A DNA stretch of 64,000 bases from sequence record MH252123.1, one strand, 5' to 3'. Below, one piece after another: positions 52,447 through 61,254 of the stretch (position 1 is its first letter; each line of letters opens with the position of its first letter). The DNA comes from Klebsiella phage ZCKP1. A program made the position numbers and the translations under genes. Below the pieces are notes generated by a model. The model saw only the letters and a list, made by a program, of their open reading frames with translations. It did no database searches and had not been told where the DNA came from.

Positions 52447-53820
52447 ATGGCAACTTTTCGTGAAAAGGTAGCAACCGTAACTTTACTGTATGGTGCTACA
52501 TCAATTCGTGAAACCCAGTTCGATATTCCCCTGATCCTTACAGGTCAGAACGTAACTGGCGAAGCGATTCAATATTACTCTTCTTCCGATGCACTTTTGG
52601 AAGCAGGTTATGGATTAAATGATCCAGCGTATATTATGGCAGTCAAACTGTTTAACGGTTTGTTCCCACCAGATCAAGTCATGGTTGGTAAGCGTGAAGT
52701 TACAAACTTTACTCTAACTCCAATCGTAGAAGATAGTGCAACTTACACAATTACCATCAAAAATGGTACCAAGAAAAAAGAATTTAAATTCATTGCTGAT
52801 GACACTGCAACTGCACAAGAGATTGTAGTTGGTCTGACTGAAATGATCAATGCAGATCTTGTTTATGGCCCACTGTTTACAGTAGCTAACAACGGCGCTG
52901 CAATGACTTTCACTCCAGTAGAAGGTAAGTTTGGTTCTATTGACAGCACAGGTTTCACTCAAGAAACTGTCTATGCTAATGCTATTACGGAAGATATTGC
53001 TGCTCTGCATGATATTGATAGTAGCTGGTTCTGGACCCTTTCAGATTCCCATGAAACAGAAGATGTTCTAGCTTTGGCTGCATGGGTAGAAGAGAACGAT
53101 AAAGTTTACTTCTTCTCTAGCTCTGAACCTGGAATTAAAACGAAAGCAGAAGACAACGTTCTGGAACGACTGAATGACCTCGGTTATAATAACACTTGCT
53201 TTGCTTTGTGGATGACCGATGCAGATTCTGTATTCCCAGAAGCAGCAGTTGTTGGTGCAATCTGTTCTCGTCAACCTGGTTTAACTACCCTTCACGGTAA
53301 AACACTGGTAGGAGTAGAGATCGAGAAACTGGATCAGACTTCGGAAAACAATATTGTTCAACAGAACGGTAACATCTATCGTAAAGAGCATGGAACTCTG
53401 TTCTATCGTGATGGATTGATGGTTAGCGGTTTCTTTGTTGACTATGTTGTTCATGCTTTGTGGTTTAAAGCTCGCACAGAAGAATCACTGTTTACACTGT
53501 TTAAACAACAGTCTATGTTGGGTGGTGGTGTTCGTGCTACTTCAAACGGTCTGGCTTTGATTCGACAAGCTGTTCTGGCTAACCCGATCCAAGTAGGTAT
53601 CCTCAACGGTTCCATCGCTAATGAAGTTGTTACTTCTGAAGAGACTGGTTTGCGTGTCGATCTGAAACCTATTGTTTATATTCCTTCTCGTGCCGATATG
53701 ACCGATGCGCAAATCAATGCTCGTCTGGTTGATGGGATGAAGATTGAATATGTTTACGCTGGCTTCTTCCATTACGTTAAAGTTCAGGTCAACGTCCTGA
53801 CTAACCGTACTGCAAACTAA
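52447..53820 (+). CDS. tail sheath protein
   Basis: 457 aa immediately upstream of the tube gene; codon-optimised. Confidence 0.6.
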   Translation: MATFREKVATVTLLYGATSIRETQFDIPLILTGQNVTGEAIQYYSSSDALLEAGYGLNDPAYIMAVKLFNGLFPPDQVMVGKREVTNFTLTPIVEDSATYTITIKNGTKKKEFKFIADDTATAQEIVVGLTEMINADLVYGPLFTVANNGAAMTFTPVEGKFGSIDSTGFTQETVYANAITEDIAALHDIDSSWFWTLSDSHETEDVLALAAWVEENDKVYFFSSSEPGIKTKAEDNVLERLNDLGYNNTCFALWMTDADSVFPEAAVVGAICSRQPGLTTLHGKTLVGVEIEKLDQTSENNIVQQNGNIYRKEHGTLFYRDGLMVSGFFVDYVVHALWFKARTEESLFTLFKQQSMLGGGVRATSNGLALIRQAVLANPIQVGILNGSIANEVVTSEETGLRVDLKPIVYIPSRADMTDAQINARLVDGMKIEYVYAGFFHYVKVQVNVLTNRTAN

Positions 53821-53866
53821 TACGGCGGGGGTTAAGCCCCCGTTATCAAAATAAAGAGGATCTATA

Positions 53867-54346
53867 ATGGATAAAATGCTTACTGGCGTAATGGCCTACG
53901 ACCCATCTCAAGTTATCCTTTCATTAGGTGGTTGGGAACCGTGGGGTTTTGCGGCTGATACTAAAATCGTTATTGCTAAATCTAACGATATTATCAACCC
54001 TTATTCAGGGACTGATGGGGATGTTTCATTAGCTTTGAGTCGTAACCGTTTGGGAACACTCACAATGTCTTTGCAACGCACATCTCCAGCTAACGAAGTA
54101 CTTGCAACATATGCACAAACAATGTATTCTACTCGTCAAGTAGCATTCAGTGTTTACTTGGAAGACCCACGTGGCTATTACATTAGCACGATTGGATGGA
54201 TTCAAAGTCAGCCTGAAGATACTATTGGCGAAATGATTACAGAGAACCAATGGGTTATTGGTCTTAAAGATGCAAGCCTTCTGCGTAATGAAGTTGGTGT
54301 AGGTTTGAGCACCCTTAACTCAATCTCTGCTCTGACAATTCAATAA
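53867..54346 (+). CDS. tail tube protein
   Basis: 159 aa between the sheath and the chaperone pair. Confidence 0.6.
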   Translation: MDKMLTGVMAYDPSQVILSLGGWEPWGFAADTKIVIAKSNDIINPYSGTDGDVSLALSRNRLGTLTMSLQRTSPANEVLATYAQTMYSTRQVAFSVYLEDPRGYYISTIGWIQSQPEDTIGEMITENQWVIGLKDASLLRNEVGVGLSTLNSISALTIQ

Positions 54347-54348
54347 TA

Positions 54349-54373
54349 AATAAAGGGCAGAAATGCCCTTTTT
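54349..54373 (+). terminator. terminator AAAGGGCAGAAATGCCCTTTTTATC
   Basis: hairpin plus T-run. Confidence 0.6.
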
Positions 54374-54391
54374 ATCATTAGAGAGGAAAAT

Positions 54392-54874
54392 ATGTCACAA
54401 GAACAAGATAACACAATTCAAAAATATGCTCGACCAGAAGAAGTAGTTGAGATTCCGTTAGATGGAAACAGATCTGTTACTTTCCGTATTATGAAGTGGA
54501 GTCCATCTAAAGTGTTTGACAGGATTCCAGAATTGGGTAGTGTTCTGGTTGTTCCTATGACTATGTACAGCACAGCAACAATGTCCGCAGACGAAGACCT
54601 TGAGTCACGTATTGCTATGGCACTGATCCAACTTTTTGCAGGTTTGGAAGAAAAGAATTTAACTGTCTTTTTGCGTAAAATTTTAGATGAGGTTTATACT
54701 CAAGACGGTTATAACGTTGCAGAAAATTTTGATGAATTATTTATGGCTCACCCAGAACTAGTGTTAGATCTTACTGCTAAAGTTCTGGAGGTAAACTACG
54801 GCCCTTTTTTCAAACGAGGTTTCGGAAAACTGTTCACACAGCTTCAGGCGATGACGAGTTTAGCAGCAAATTAA
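54392..54874 (+). CDS. tail assembly chaperone (G-like)
   Basis: 160 aa directly upstream of the tape measure; carries a slippery heptamer near its 3' end. Confidence 0.6.
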   Translation: MSQEQDNTIQKYARPEEVVEIPLDGNRSVTFRIMKWSPSKVFDRIPELGSVLVVPMTMYSTATMSADEDLESRIAMALIQLFAGLEEKNLTVFLRKILDEVYTQDGYNVAENFDELFMAHPELVLDLTAKVLEVNYGPFFKRGFGKLFTQLQAMTSLAAN

Positions 54875-55140
54875 CACCTGCGATTGAACATGCTATCGAC
54901 ACAGCAACGAAAACCCTTACTTTGAAGTGGTATGAGGTTATTCTTTGCAAAGTCGTTAAAGATACCTCGGAAACACTGAAAACATTGGATAACTACGGTG
55001 TAGATTATCTTTTAAAACTATATGAGTATTTAACATACGAAGAGTATGTTGAAGCCATGTATGTTAAAGACACTTCAATAAAGAGAAAACATCAAAACCA
55101 GACAAATAAAATGTCAGATTTGTTTAAGAAACTTGTTTAA
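54392..55140 (+). other. predicted -1 frameshift fusion product (GT-like chaperone); slip at T_TTT_TTC 54805-54811 joins downstream ORF 54922..55140
   Basis: the -1 frame after the heptamer is open and in phase with ORF 54922..55140. Confidence 0.55.
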
Positions 55141-55160
55141 TCCAACACGAGGAACATACT

Positions 55161-57149
55161 TTGTTAGAAATTAACGCCTCCAAAATTAGTAACGTGGTTA
55201 CGTTTAAGGTGGACAAGAACAGTCTCAAGGAAGCAAAAGATGCCGTGTTGAGTGTTCAGAAGTTTGCAAATAAAATGCAACCCACTATGAACATGACCAA
55301 GTTTAGACAACAAATGAAAGAGATTGAGCGTGAACTTAAGAAAGCTCAAACTCAAAGTCAAAAACCTATGCGAGCACCTACTCCCGCTGGAGCGGGTGCT
55401 CCTGTAGGTGGATCTGGCAGACCTAGAACTCCTAAAACCCCGCAAGGAAGAGAAGAAGAAAAAGCTCGTAAAGCGGCTGAACGCGAAGCTAAAGCAGCAG
55501 CACGTAGGGAAGATTTAGGTAATCTTCGTTTGCAGAACTTTAACTACAGAGCAAAAGCATTTAGTAAAGCCAGTCCTGGTGCTATGCAAGAAGCTAGAGA
55601 CGTTATGGGTAAAGCTGTAGAGCAATACAAAAAGGGTGAAATAACTCTTCAACGTATGAACCAAGCTCTTGCTCACCAGTTGGATGCTTTACGCAGATCT
55701 CATCGTGAAAAGAATGCTGAAATAGAAGACGAGGTTCGCGGTCGTCGCCGTATTCGTAGAGAGCTAGAAGCAGAAGCTAAAATGCGTATACGTATGCGAA
55801 ATCGTGAACTTAGAGATATAGAACGCAATCGTAAGCGTGAATTAGCTCAACAAAGACGTGACCGTGATCGTCGATATGGACAATTAAAAGAAGGTGCGGC
55901 AGGTCTTAATCCACGCATGATTGCATCCTCTCTGATTGGTGCTGGGCTGTTTGCAGGTGGTTCTGTAGTTGGTAACACGTTGATGAATACTAACGAAAGA
56001 ATTAAAATGGTTAGTCGCGGTGCTGAAAACGTCCAAACGAATGCTAACTCTATTTTAACAATGACCGCATGGGGTGAACAAAACGGTGTAGACTCGGCAA
56101 ATATTATTAAAGCAATAGATAACATTAAAGACGTTCGTGAACGTCTAGGTAATACCATGATGAACACCAAGTGGAACGCAAAAGAAGGGAAATGGAAAGG
56201 TGGTGATAACGGTATTACTGATATTATGAATGCTTTTGGTTGGAACCCCGATCAAATAAAACATTTGCAAAATGACCCGTTAGCTTTTATCCAAGCCACT
56301 GTTAATGAAGGTGAACGTCGAGGTATGAACTCTGCTCAAATCGGGCGACTTCTTGAAAACCTTGGTGATGACCTTATGCACTACCAACGCATGTTTAGTA
56401 AAAATGGCGAAGGCTACAATGAAACATTGAAAATGCTTCAAAGAACAGGTGCAACATTAACTCAAGAACAAATAGATGCTTCTAAGGAGTTTACTCGTTT
56501 TGCTGCAACAGTTCAGCTTGTAGGTCAAGGTATGCAGAACCATTTCTTAGAGGGTTTTGTGAAAGCCTTACCTAAAGATGATTCTTGGTTGGATAACGTT
56601 AAAGTGCTAGATCAGTTTGCCAAAGATTTAGGTGAAGAACTTGGTAAAACAACAGTTCAACTTGGTGGTTTTGCTAAAGAATTGGGGGATGGTTTCGGAT
56701 CTTTTACCAATTGGCTTAAAGAAACATTCCCAGATACCTTCGGAGACAACACAGATCCTAATAAATCTATGGCACAAAAAGCATACGAGGCAACGCAAAG
56801 TGGAGACAGCAATCCTGTAGCAGATTGGTTGTACAATTTAACAGGTATTGATACACAAGATATTGGTCGTATGTGGAGAGGAGAGCAAACAAGGACACGT
56901 GCTTTTGGATTTGGTAATCCTCTTGAAGATTTACGTGAATCAGCCTATACACCTAACGTAAGTTTGGCTCGTAATCAACCTGTTGTTGAGAATACGGTAG
57001 CAATACCAAGTGATCTTATCAAAGTTACGATCAGCCCTTCTTCCGAGTTTGGAAATATTCTTGATGCAAGAATTCAAAATAGCGGAAATAGCATTTTCCA
57101 ACGTTTATCTCTTTCAACTCTAAGTGGACAATCTAACACTGGTGGTTAA
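55161..57149 (+). CDS. tail tape measure protein (TTG start)
   Basis: 662 aa; coiled-coil/RR-rich N-terminal half; glycine-rich C-terminal half; follows the chaperones. Confidence 0.65.
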   Translation: MLEINASKISNVVTFKVDKNSLKEAKDAVLSVQKFANKMQPTMNMTKFRQQMKEIERELKKAQTQSQKPMRAPTPAGAGAPVGGSGRPRTPKTPQGREEEKARKAAEREAKAAARREDLGNLRLQNFNYRAKAFSKASPGAMQEARDVMGKAVEQYKKGEITLQRMNQALAHQLDALRRSHREKNAEIEDEVRGRRRIRRELEAEAKMRIRMRNRELRDIERNRKRELAQQRRDRDRRYGQLKEGAAGLNPRMIASSLIGAGLFAGGSVVGNTLMNTNERIKMVSRGAENVQTNANSILTMTAWGEQNGVDSANIIKAIDNIKDVRERLGNTMMNTKWNAKEGKWKGGDNGITDIMNAFGWNPDQIKHLQNDPLAFIQATVNEGERRGMNSAQIGRLLENLGDDLMHYQRMFSKNGEGYNETLKMLQRTGATLTQEQIDASKEFTRFAATVQLVGQGMQNHFLEGFVKALPKDDSWLDNVKVLDQFAKDLGEELGKTTVQLGGFAKELGDGFGSFTNWLKETFPDTFGDNTDPNKSMAQKAYEATQSGDSNPVADWLYNLTGIDTQDIGRMWRGEQTRTRAFGFGNPLEDLRESAYTPNVSLARNQPVVENTVAIPSDLIKVTISPSSEFGNILDARIQNSGNSIFQRLSLSTLSGQSNTGG

Positions 57150-57152
57150 TAA

Positions 57153-57178
57153 AATACCTCGCTTCGGCGGGGTTTTTT
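57153..57178 (+). terminator. terminator ACCTCGCTTCGGCGGGGTTTTTT
   Basis: hairpin plus T-run. Confidence 0.6.
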
Positions 57179-57186
57179 CGTTTCCC

Positions 57187-57216
57187 TTGACACGAAGTTT
57201 CTATATGTGTTACAAT
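57187..57216 (+). promoter_or_regulatory. sigma70 promoter (TTGACA-18-TACAAT)
   Basis: consensus hexamers after the terminator. Confidence 0.45.
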
Positions 57217-57275
57217 AATCAATATGGGAAGATCTTGCATCTTCCTTTTGGCATTATCATTACTACGAGGTTATC

Positions 57276-57983
57276 ATGGCAGCAATGACTCCACAACAGT
57301 CGGTGAGAGCCGTCTATAAGGCAGAACAGGAAATCAACTCTACCGAGAATAAAAATACCTCGGCATCTACCGTAAAGGGTGATAATGGTTTCTGTATTTT
57401 AGCAAGTGTTTATAATAGTTCAAGCGATCAATACATTCAAAACTTTAAAGCAATTACTTTCGATTCAGTCCCTGAAATAGGTGTAACTCGTGAAGCAGAT
57501 GTTACAAGTTTTCCTGTGGAATCAGGATCGGATGTAAGTGACCACGTTCAAATAAAAAACAACAGATTTAAACTTTCAGGTATAATTACCGAAACACCAA
57601 TTCGGCTTATGCGAGATCAATTATACAGTGCAGGTGTAAATGGGGCAAGGATTTCTCAAGCAATAGAATATCTAGATCAAATATTTGAGTCAAGACAACC
57701 AATAGTTCTTTTGACAGAACACAGAACTTTTGAAAATGTTATTCTCAAAGGTTATTCGTATGATTATAAATCTGAATTTGCTATGCAATTTGATTTAGAG
57801 TTTGAACAAATCCGTCTCGTTTCTAAGGCCACTACTAACGCTATTGCTGTAAAAACAGCACCAAATAAGTCAACTGGTGGTGATGTGAAAGGTCAAGTTC
57901 CATCTGGCGGTCCTAAAGTGGATAACCCAATTACAAAAAACACTGCTTCATCCACTGGAACACCAACTAATACGGGGAATTAA
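57276..57983 (+). CDS. tail/baseplate protein (235 aa)
   Basis: ORF in the tail module. Confidence 0.4.
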   Translation: MAAMTPQQSVRAVYKAEQEINSTENKNTSASTVKGDNGFCILASVYNSSSDQYIQNFKAITFDSVPEIGVTREADVTSFPVESGSDVSDHVQIKNNRFKLSGIITETPIRLMRDQLYSAGVNGARISQAIEYLDQIFESRQPIVLLTEHRTFENVILKGYSYDYKSEFAMQFDLEFEQIRLVSKATTNAIAVKTAPNKSTGGDVKGQVPSGGPKVDNPITKNTASSTGTPTNTGN

Positions 57984-57985
57984 TA

Positions 57986-58399
57986 ATGGCGACATATTCT
58001 AAGACAACCCGATCTACAAGCAATTCTGGTTATAGTGCAGTATATTTAGAAGATCATTCAACATACTTTGCGTGGTATTTGAAAACAGATGAATATCCAG
58101 ATCAAACTTATACGGTAACTTTAGATGGAGTTGATTATGACATTCGTTTAAGGTGGAACACTAGGGACGAGTCTTGGCAATGTCAAATAGGGCTATCTGG
58201 AGACGATCCAAGTATTACTTTTAAAGTTACAAATGGTTTAGATCTTCTTAAACCTTATAAATATCTTGAAAGTGTGCCAGATGGTCAATTGTATATAGTA
58301 GACACAGTTAAGATTAATGGTCGTCCTGGGTATACAACTACAGGTCGAGATAAACGTTTTGTATTGGTTTATATTGATAATAAACCTAATCAGGCGTAA
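57986..58399 (+). CDS. tail/baseplate protein (137 aa)
   Basis: ORF. Confidence 0.4.
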   Translation: MATYSKTTRSTSNSGYSAVYLEDHSTYFAWYLKTDEYPDQTYTVTLDGVDYDIRLRWNTRDESWQCQIGLSGDDPSITFKVTNGLDLLKPYKYLESVPDGQLYIVDTVKINGRPGYTTTGRDKRFVLVYIDNKPNQA

Positions 58400-58408
58400 G
58401 GAGATAAT

Positions 58409-59419
58409 ATGGCAGAAAGAGAGTATACAAAAGCTCCTGCCCCTAATTTAAACAGGGCATACAAATTATTAATTGGTTCTGCCACAAATACAATACAGAA
58501 GAGAACTAAGAACTCGGCATTTAAATCTACAGTAGATTTGGATACCAAGTTAGGGACAACAGAAAAATCCTCTTCTAATTTGTATTTGTTGCAAGACCAT
58601 CAAATAACCTTCAGTATTAAGAAAGATAATAACAAAGATCCTAACCAAGCAGAGATTGTAGTTTATAACCTTTCGGATGATACTGTTAACTATATAAACC
58701 GTGGTATCCGAAATAACTTGGCTGTTGCTTTAGCGGTAGGATACGAAGGTGAAGAGTTGGTTATGATCTTCAAAGGAACTATCCAGTGGGTTAGTGATAC
58801 CTTTGACTCTGTAGACAGGAAAACTACTTTACACTGTTTGGATGGTGGTATTAACATTGCAGAAGCAAGAACAAGCCGCAGTTATCCAAAAGGAACTAAA
58901 ATCAAACGTGTTGTGACAGATTTGGTAAAGGATTTAGGGACTACAGAAGGTAATATACATGTAGACAATGACCAAACCCTGTCTTCAGCAACAGCTATGT
59001 GTGGGAACACTTCACATTACCTAGAACATATTTGTAAGAGTATTGATCACAATGTGTCAATACAAGACGGATCTGTTTATGTTACTCCACGTTCCCAAAT
59101 GTCTAGTGCACGTAGCGCCTACATTAGTCCTGAAACTGGTTTAATAGGAAGCCCAGAACCATTCCACAATGATATTAAACCTACTACAAAAGTTACCAAA
59201 TCCTCTAAGAAGGCAAAGAAACCTACAGATGGTGTTAAATTCAAATGCCAAATGAATGGTGCAATATTACCAGAAAAAACAATCTGGTTAAAAAGCCGAG
59301 ATTATGATGGTCCATTTAAAGTTGTTTCTGTTTCTCACAATGGTGATAAAGAGGGTAAAGAGTGGGTTACTGAAGTGGAGTGTGTATCCGTGTCTGAAAT
59401 AATGACTAAGGAGAAATAA
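58409..59419 (+). CDS. baseplate hub-like protein (336 aa)
   Basis: size and position. Confidence 0.4.
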   Translation: MAEREYTKAPAPNLNRAYKLLIGSATNTIQKRTKNSAFKSTVDLDTKLGTTEKSSSNLYLLQDHQITFSIKKDNNKDPNQAEIVVYNLSDDTVNYINRGIRNNLAVALAVGYEGEELVMIFKGTIQWVSDTFDSVDRKTTLHCLDGGINIAEARTSRSYPKGTKIKRVVTDLVKDLGTTEGNIHVDNDQTLSSATAMCGNTSHYLEHICKSIDHNVSIQDGSVYVTPRSQMSSARSAYISPETGLIGSPEPFHNDIKPTTKVTKSSKKAKKPTDGVKFKCQMNGAILPEKTIWLKSRDYDGPFKVVSVSHNGDKEGKEWVTEVECVSVSEIMTKEK

Positions 59420-60153
59420 TGGATGCATTAAATTTTGTCACAGCAATGCGTGGCTTAATGACAGAACAATTAGCAGAAGTCCATACAGCCCTGCCAGTCC
59501 GTGTGACTGGCGTTAATTATGGTGCTAAAACTGTCACTTTAGAATCTATTGTTAAAAACACACGATCTAGTGAAGATGAAATAGATTACCCTACTTTTGA
59601 AGATGTTCCTTTTATGGTTAATGGGGGTGGGACAGGAAGAATCTCATTCCCTATTAAAGCTGGCGATTTAGGAACTGTTATATTTTCTGAAAGAGATCCT
59701 TCTAATGCACTGCAAACTAGTGGAGAAACCTCTTCATCATCCACTTTTATGCAGCCTTGTGGATTATACCCTATTTGTTTTATTCCCAAAATAGCTACAG
59801 GAACAGATTCAACAGAAGCTGTAGATTCTGAAAAGGTAGTTATTTCTAATAACAAAAACACGTACGCTTCTTTCGACCCTACAGGTAATATCTCAATATG
59901 GAATAGTCAAGGGATGAAAATAGATATTACTACCTCCGGTATTACTATTACAGATGGCACAGGGACTTTGGATCTAAAAGGTGGTAATTTAACTTTCAAA
60001 GGCGGCGTGGCAGATATCAATGGTCTTAAAATAGATCAGAACGGTTTGATGACAGATGGTAATGGCATCGGATTCCATACTCACACGCACACGGTTCGTA
60101 ACATTCAGAGCGGTAGCTCAAGTGCCGAGTCCTTAAAACCAACAGGAGCCTAA
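59419..60153 (+). CDS. baseplate spike/central-hub protein (gpV-like)
   Basis: 244 aa; GIGFHTHTHTV segment. Confidence 0.4.
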   Translation: MDALNFVTAMRGLMTEQLAEVHTALPVRVTGVNYGAKTVTLESIVKNTRSSEDEIDYPTFEDVPFMVNGGGTGRISFPIKAGDLGTVIFSERDPSNALQTSGETSSSSTFMQPCGLYPICFIPKIATGTDSTEAVDSEKVVISNNKNTYASFDPTGNISIWNSQGMKIDITTSGITITDGTGTLDLKGGNLTFKGGVADINGLKIDQNGLMTDGNGIGFHTHTHTVRNIQSGSSSAESLKPTGA

Positions 60154-60154
60154 C

Positions 60155-60781
60155 ATGGGAATCCCTTTTGACTTAAAACTTGGGCCAAACAACGACCTCA
60201 TCATGGATGATGGGGATTTGGTCCTCACTACAACCAGAACAGAAATTGCAGCACAAACTCTTGGGATAACTCTGAACACGTATCGTGGGGAGTGGTTTTT
60301 AAATACTAACTTCGGTGTTCCTTACTTACAAGAGATTATTGGTGTTGCTAGAAAGAAAGATATTGTAGACAGAATATTTTTAGCAGAGATTGCCAAAAAC
60401 GTTTACATAGATACAATAAACAGTTATAAATCTGCTTATGACATGGACCAACGTTATTACTCAATGACAATTATGGTGACAGTTGGAGCAGATACAGTAA
60501 CATCTATATTCAATACTCAACCTTCTGAAGAGTTTATTTACCCTGAAGCTGGTGAAGACAATGCAGCGATCATTTGTGAAGCTTACAGTATTGTTGAGAA
60601 TTCGAATAGACTTTATCGCTTTATCAACTTTGTTGGTTTGCCACGTGATACCTACTCTACTTGGTGGAATGAATGGTCTACAGAGTCAGCAGTGGAAAGA
60701 ATCATGGTTAACGAAAAAGGTGATGCATTAGCTACAAACAATGACTTCGGTATAACAGCTATGACAGGAGTAGAAGAGTAA
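60155..60781 (+). CDS. baseplate wedge-like protein (208 aa)
   Basis: N-terminus MGIPFDLKLGPNNDLIMDDGDLVLTT reminiscent of gp25/DUF2634-type proteins. Confidence 0.4.
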   Translation: MGIPFDLKLGPNNDLIMDDGDLVLTTTRTEIAAQTLGITLNTYRGEWFLNTNFGVPYLQEIIGVARKKDIVDRIFLAEIAKNVYIDTINSYKSAYDMDQRYYSMTIMVTVGADTVTSIFNTQPSEEFIYPEAGEDNAAIICEAYSIVENSNRLYRFINFVGLPRDTYSTWWNEWSTESAVERIMVNEKGDALATNNDFGITAMTGVEE

Positions 60782-61254
60782 TGGCAGATTTAACTACGAT
60801 CAAAATTTCTGATCTTACACAAACAACCTCTGTATCTGATACAGATTTCTTTGTAACAGATCAGGCTGGAATAACAAAGAAAACTTCTTTGAAAGTACTG
60901 TTGAGTGGTGCAGGGGTAACTAGAAACCGTCTGAATGCACGGGGAACAGTAACTAGCACATTGGCATTAGACATTAGTTCAGCAGAATATTTTTCAGCAA
61001 CTTTATCTTCTGCAACGTGCACAATTAGTTTTACTAATATTCCAGTAGCAACAAATGCAGTTTTAAACTTTACTTTAGCTTTGCGTCAAGGAAGTGGTGC
61101 AAATAAAGTCGTATGGCCTTCTTCTGTAAAATGGAGTTTTGGTCGTTCCCCAGTTTTGAGTTATCGTCAAGGTGCAACAGACACTTTTGAGTTTATCAGT
61201 TATGATAATGGTGCAACTTGGACAGGTAGCTTAGTTTTAGCAGGAGTTATTTAA
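60781..61254 (+). CDS. tail fiber-associated small protein (157 aa)
   Basis: ATGA coupling. Confidence 0.4.
   Translation: MADLTTIKISDLTQTTSVSDTDFFVTDQAGITKKTSLKVLLSGAGVTRNRLNARGTVTSTLALDISSAEYFSATLSSATCTISFTNIPVATNAVLNFTLALRQGSGANKVVWPSSVKWSFGRSPVLSYRQGATDTFEFISYDNGATWTGSLVLAGVI

Noticed and set aside
55847-56170. 107-aa antisense ORF inside tape measure gene
   Set aside because: Embedded antisense ORF without RBS; the tape measure frame is clearly the real one.
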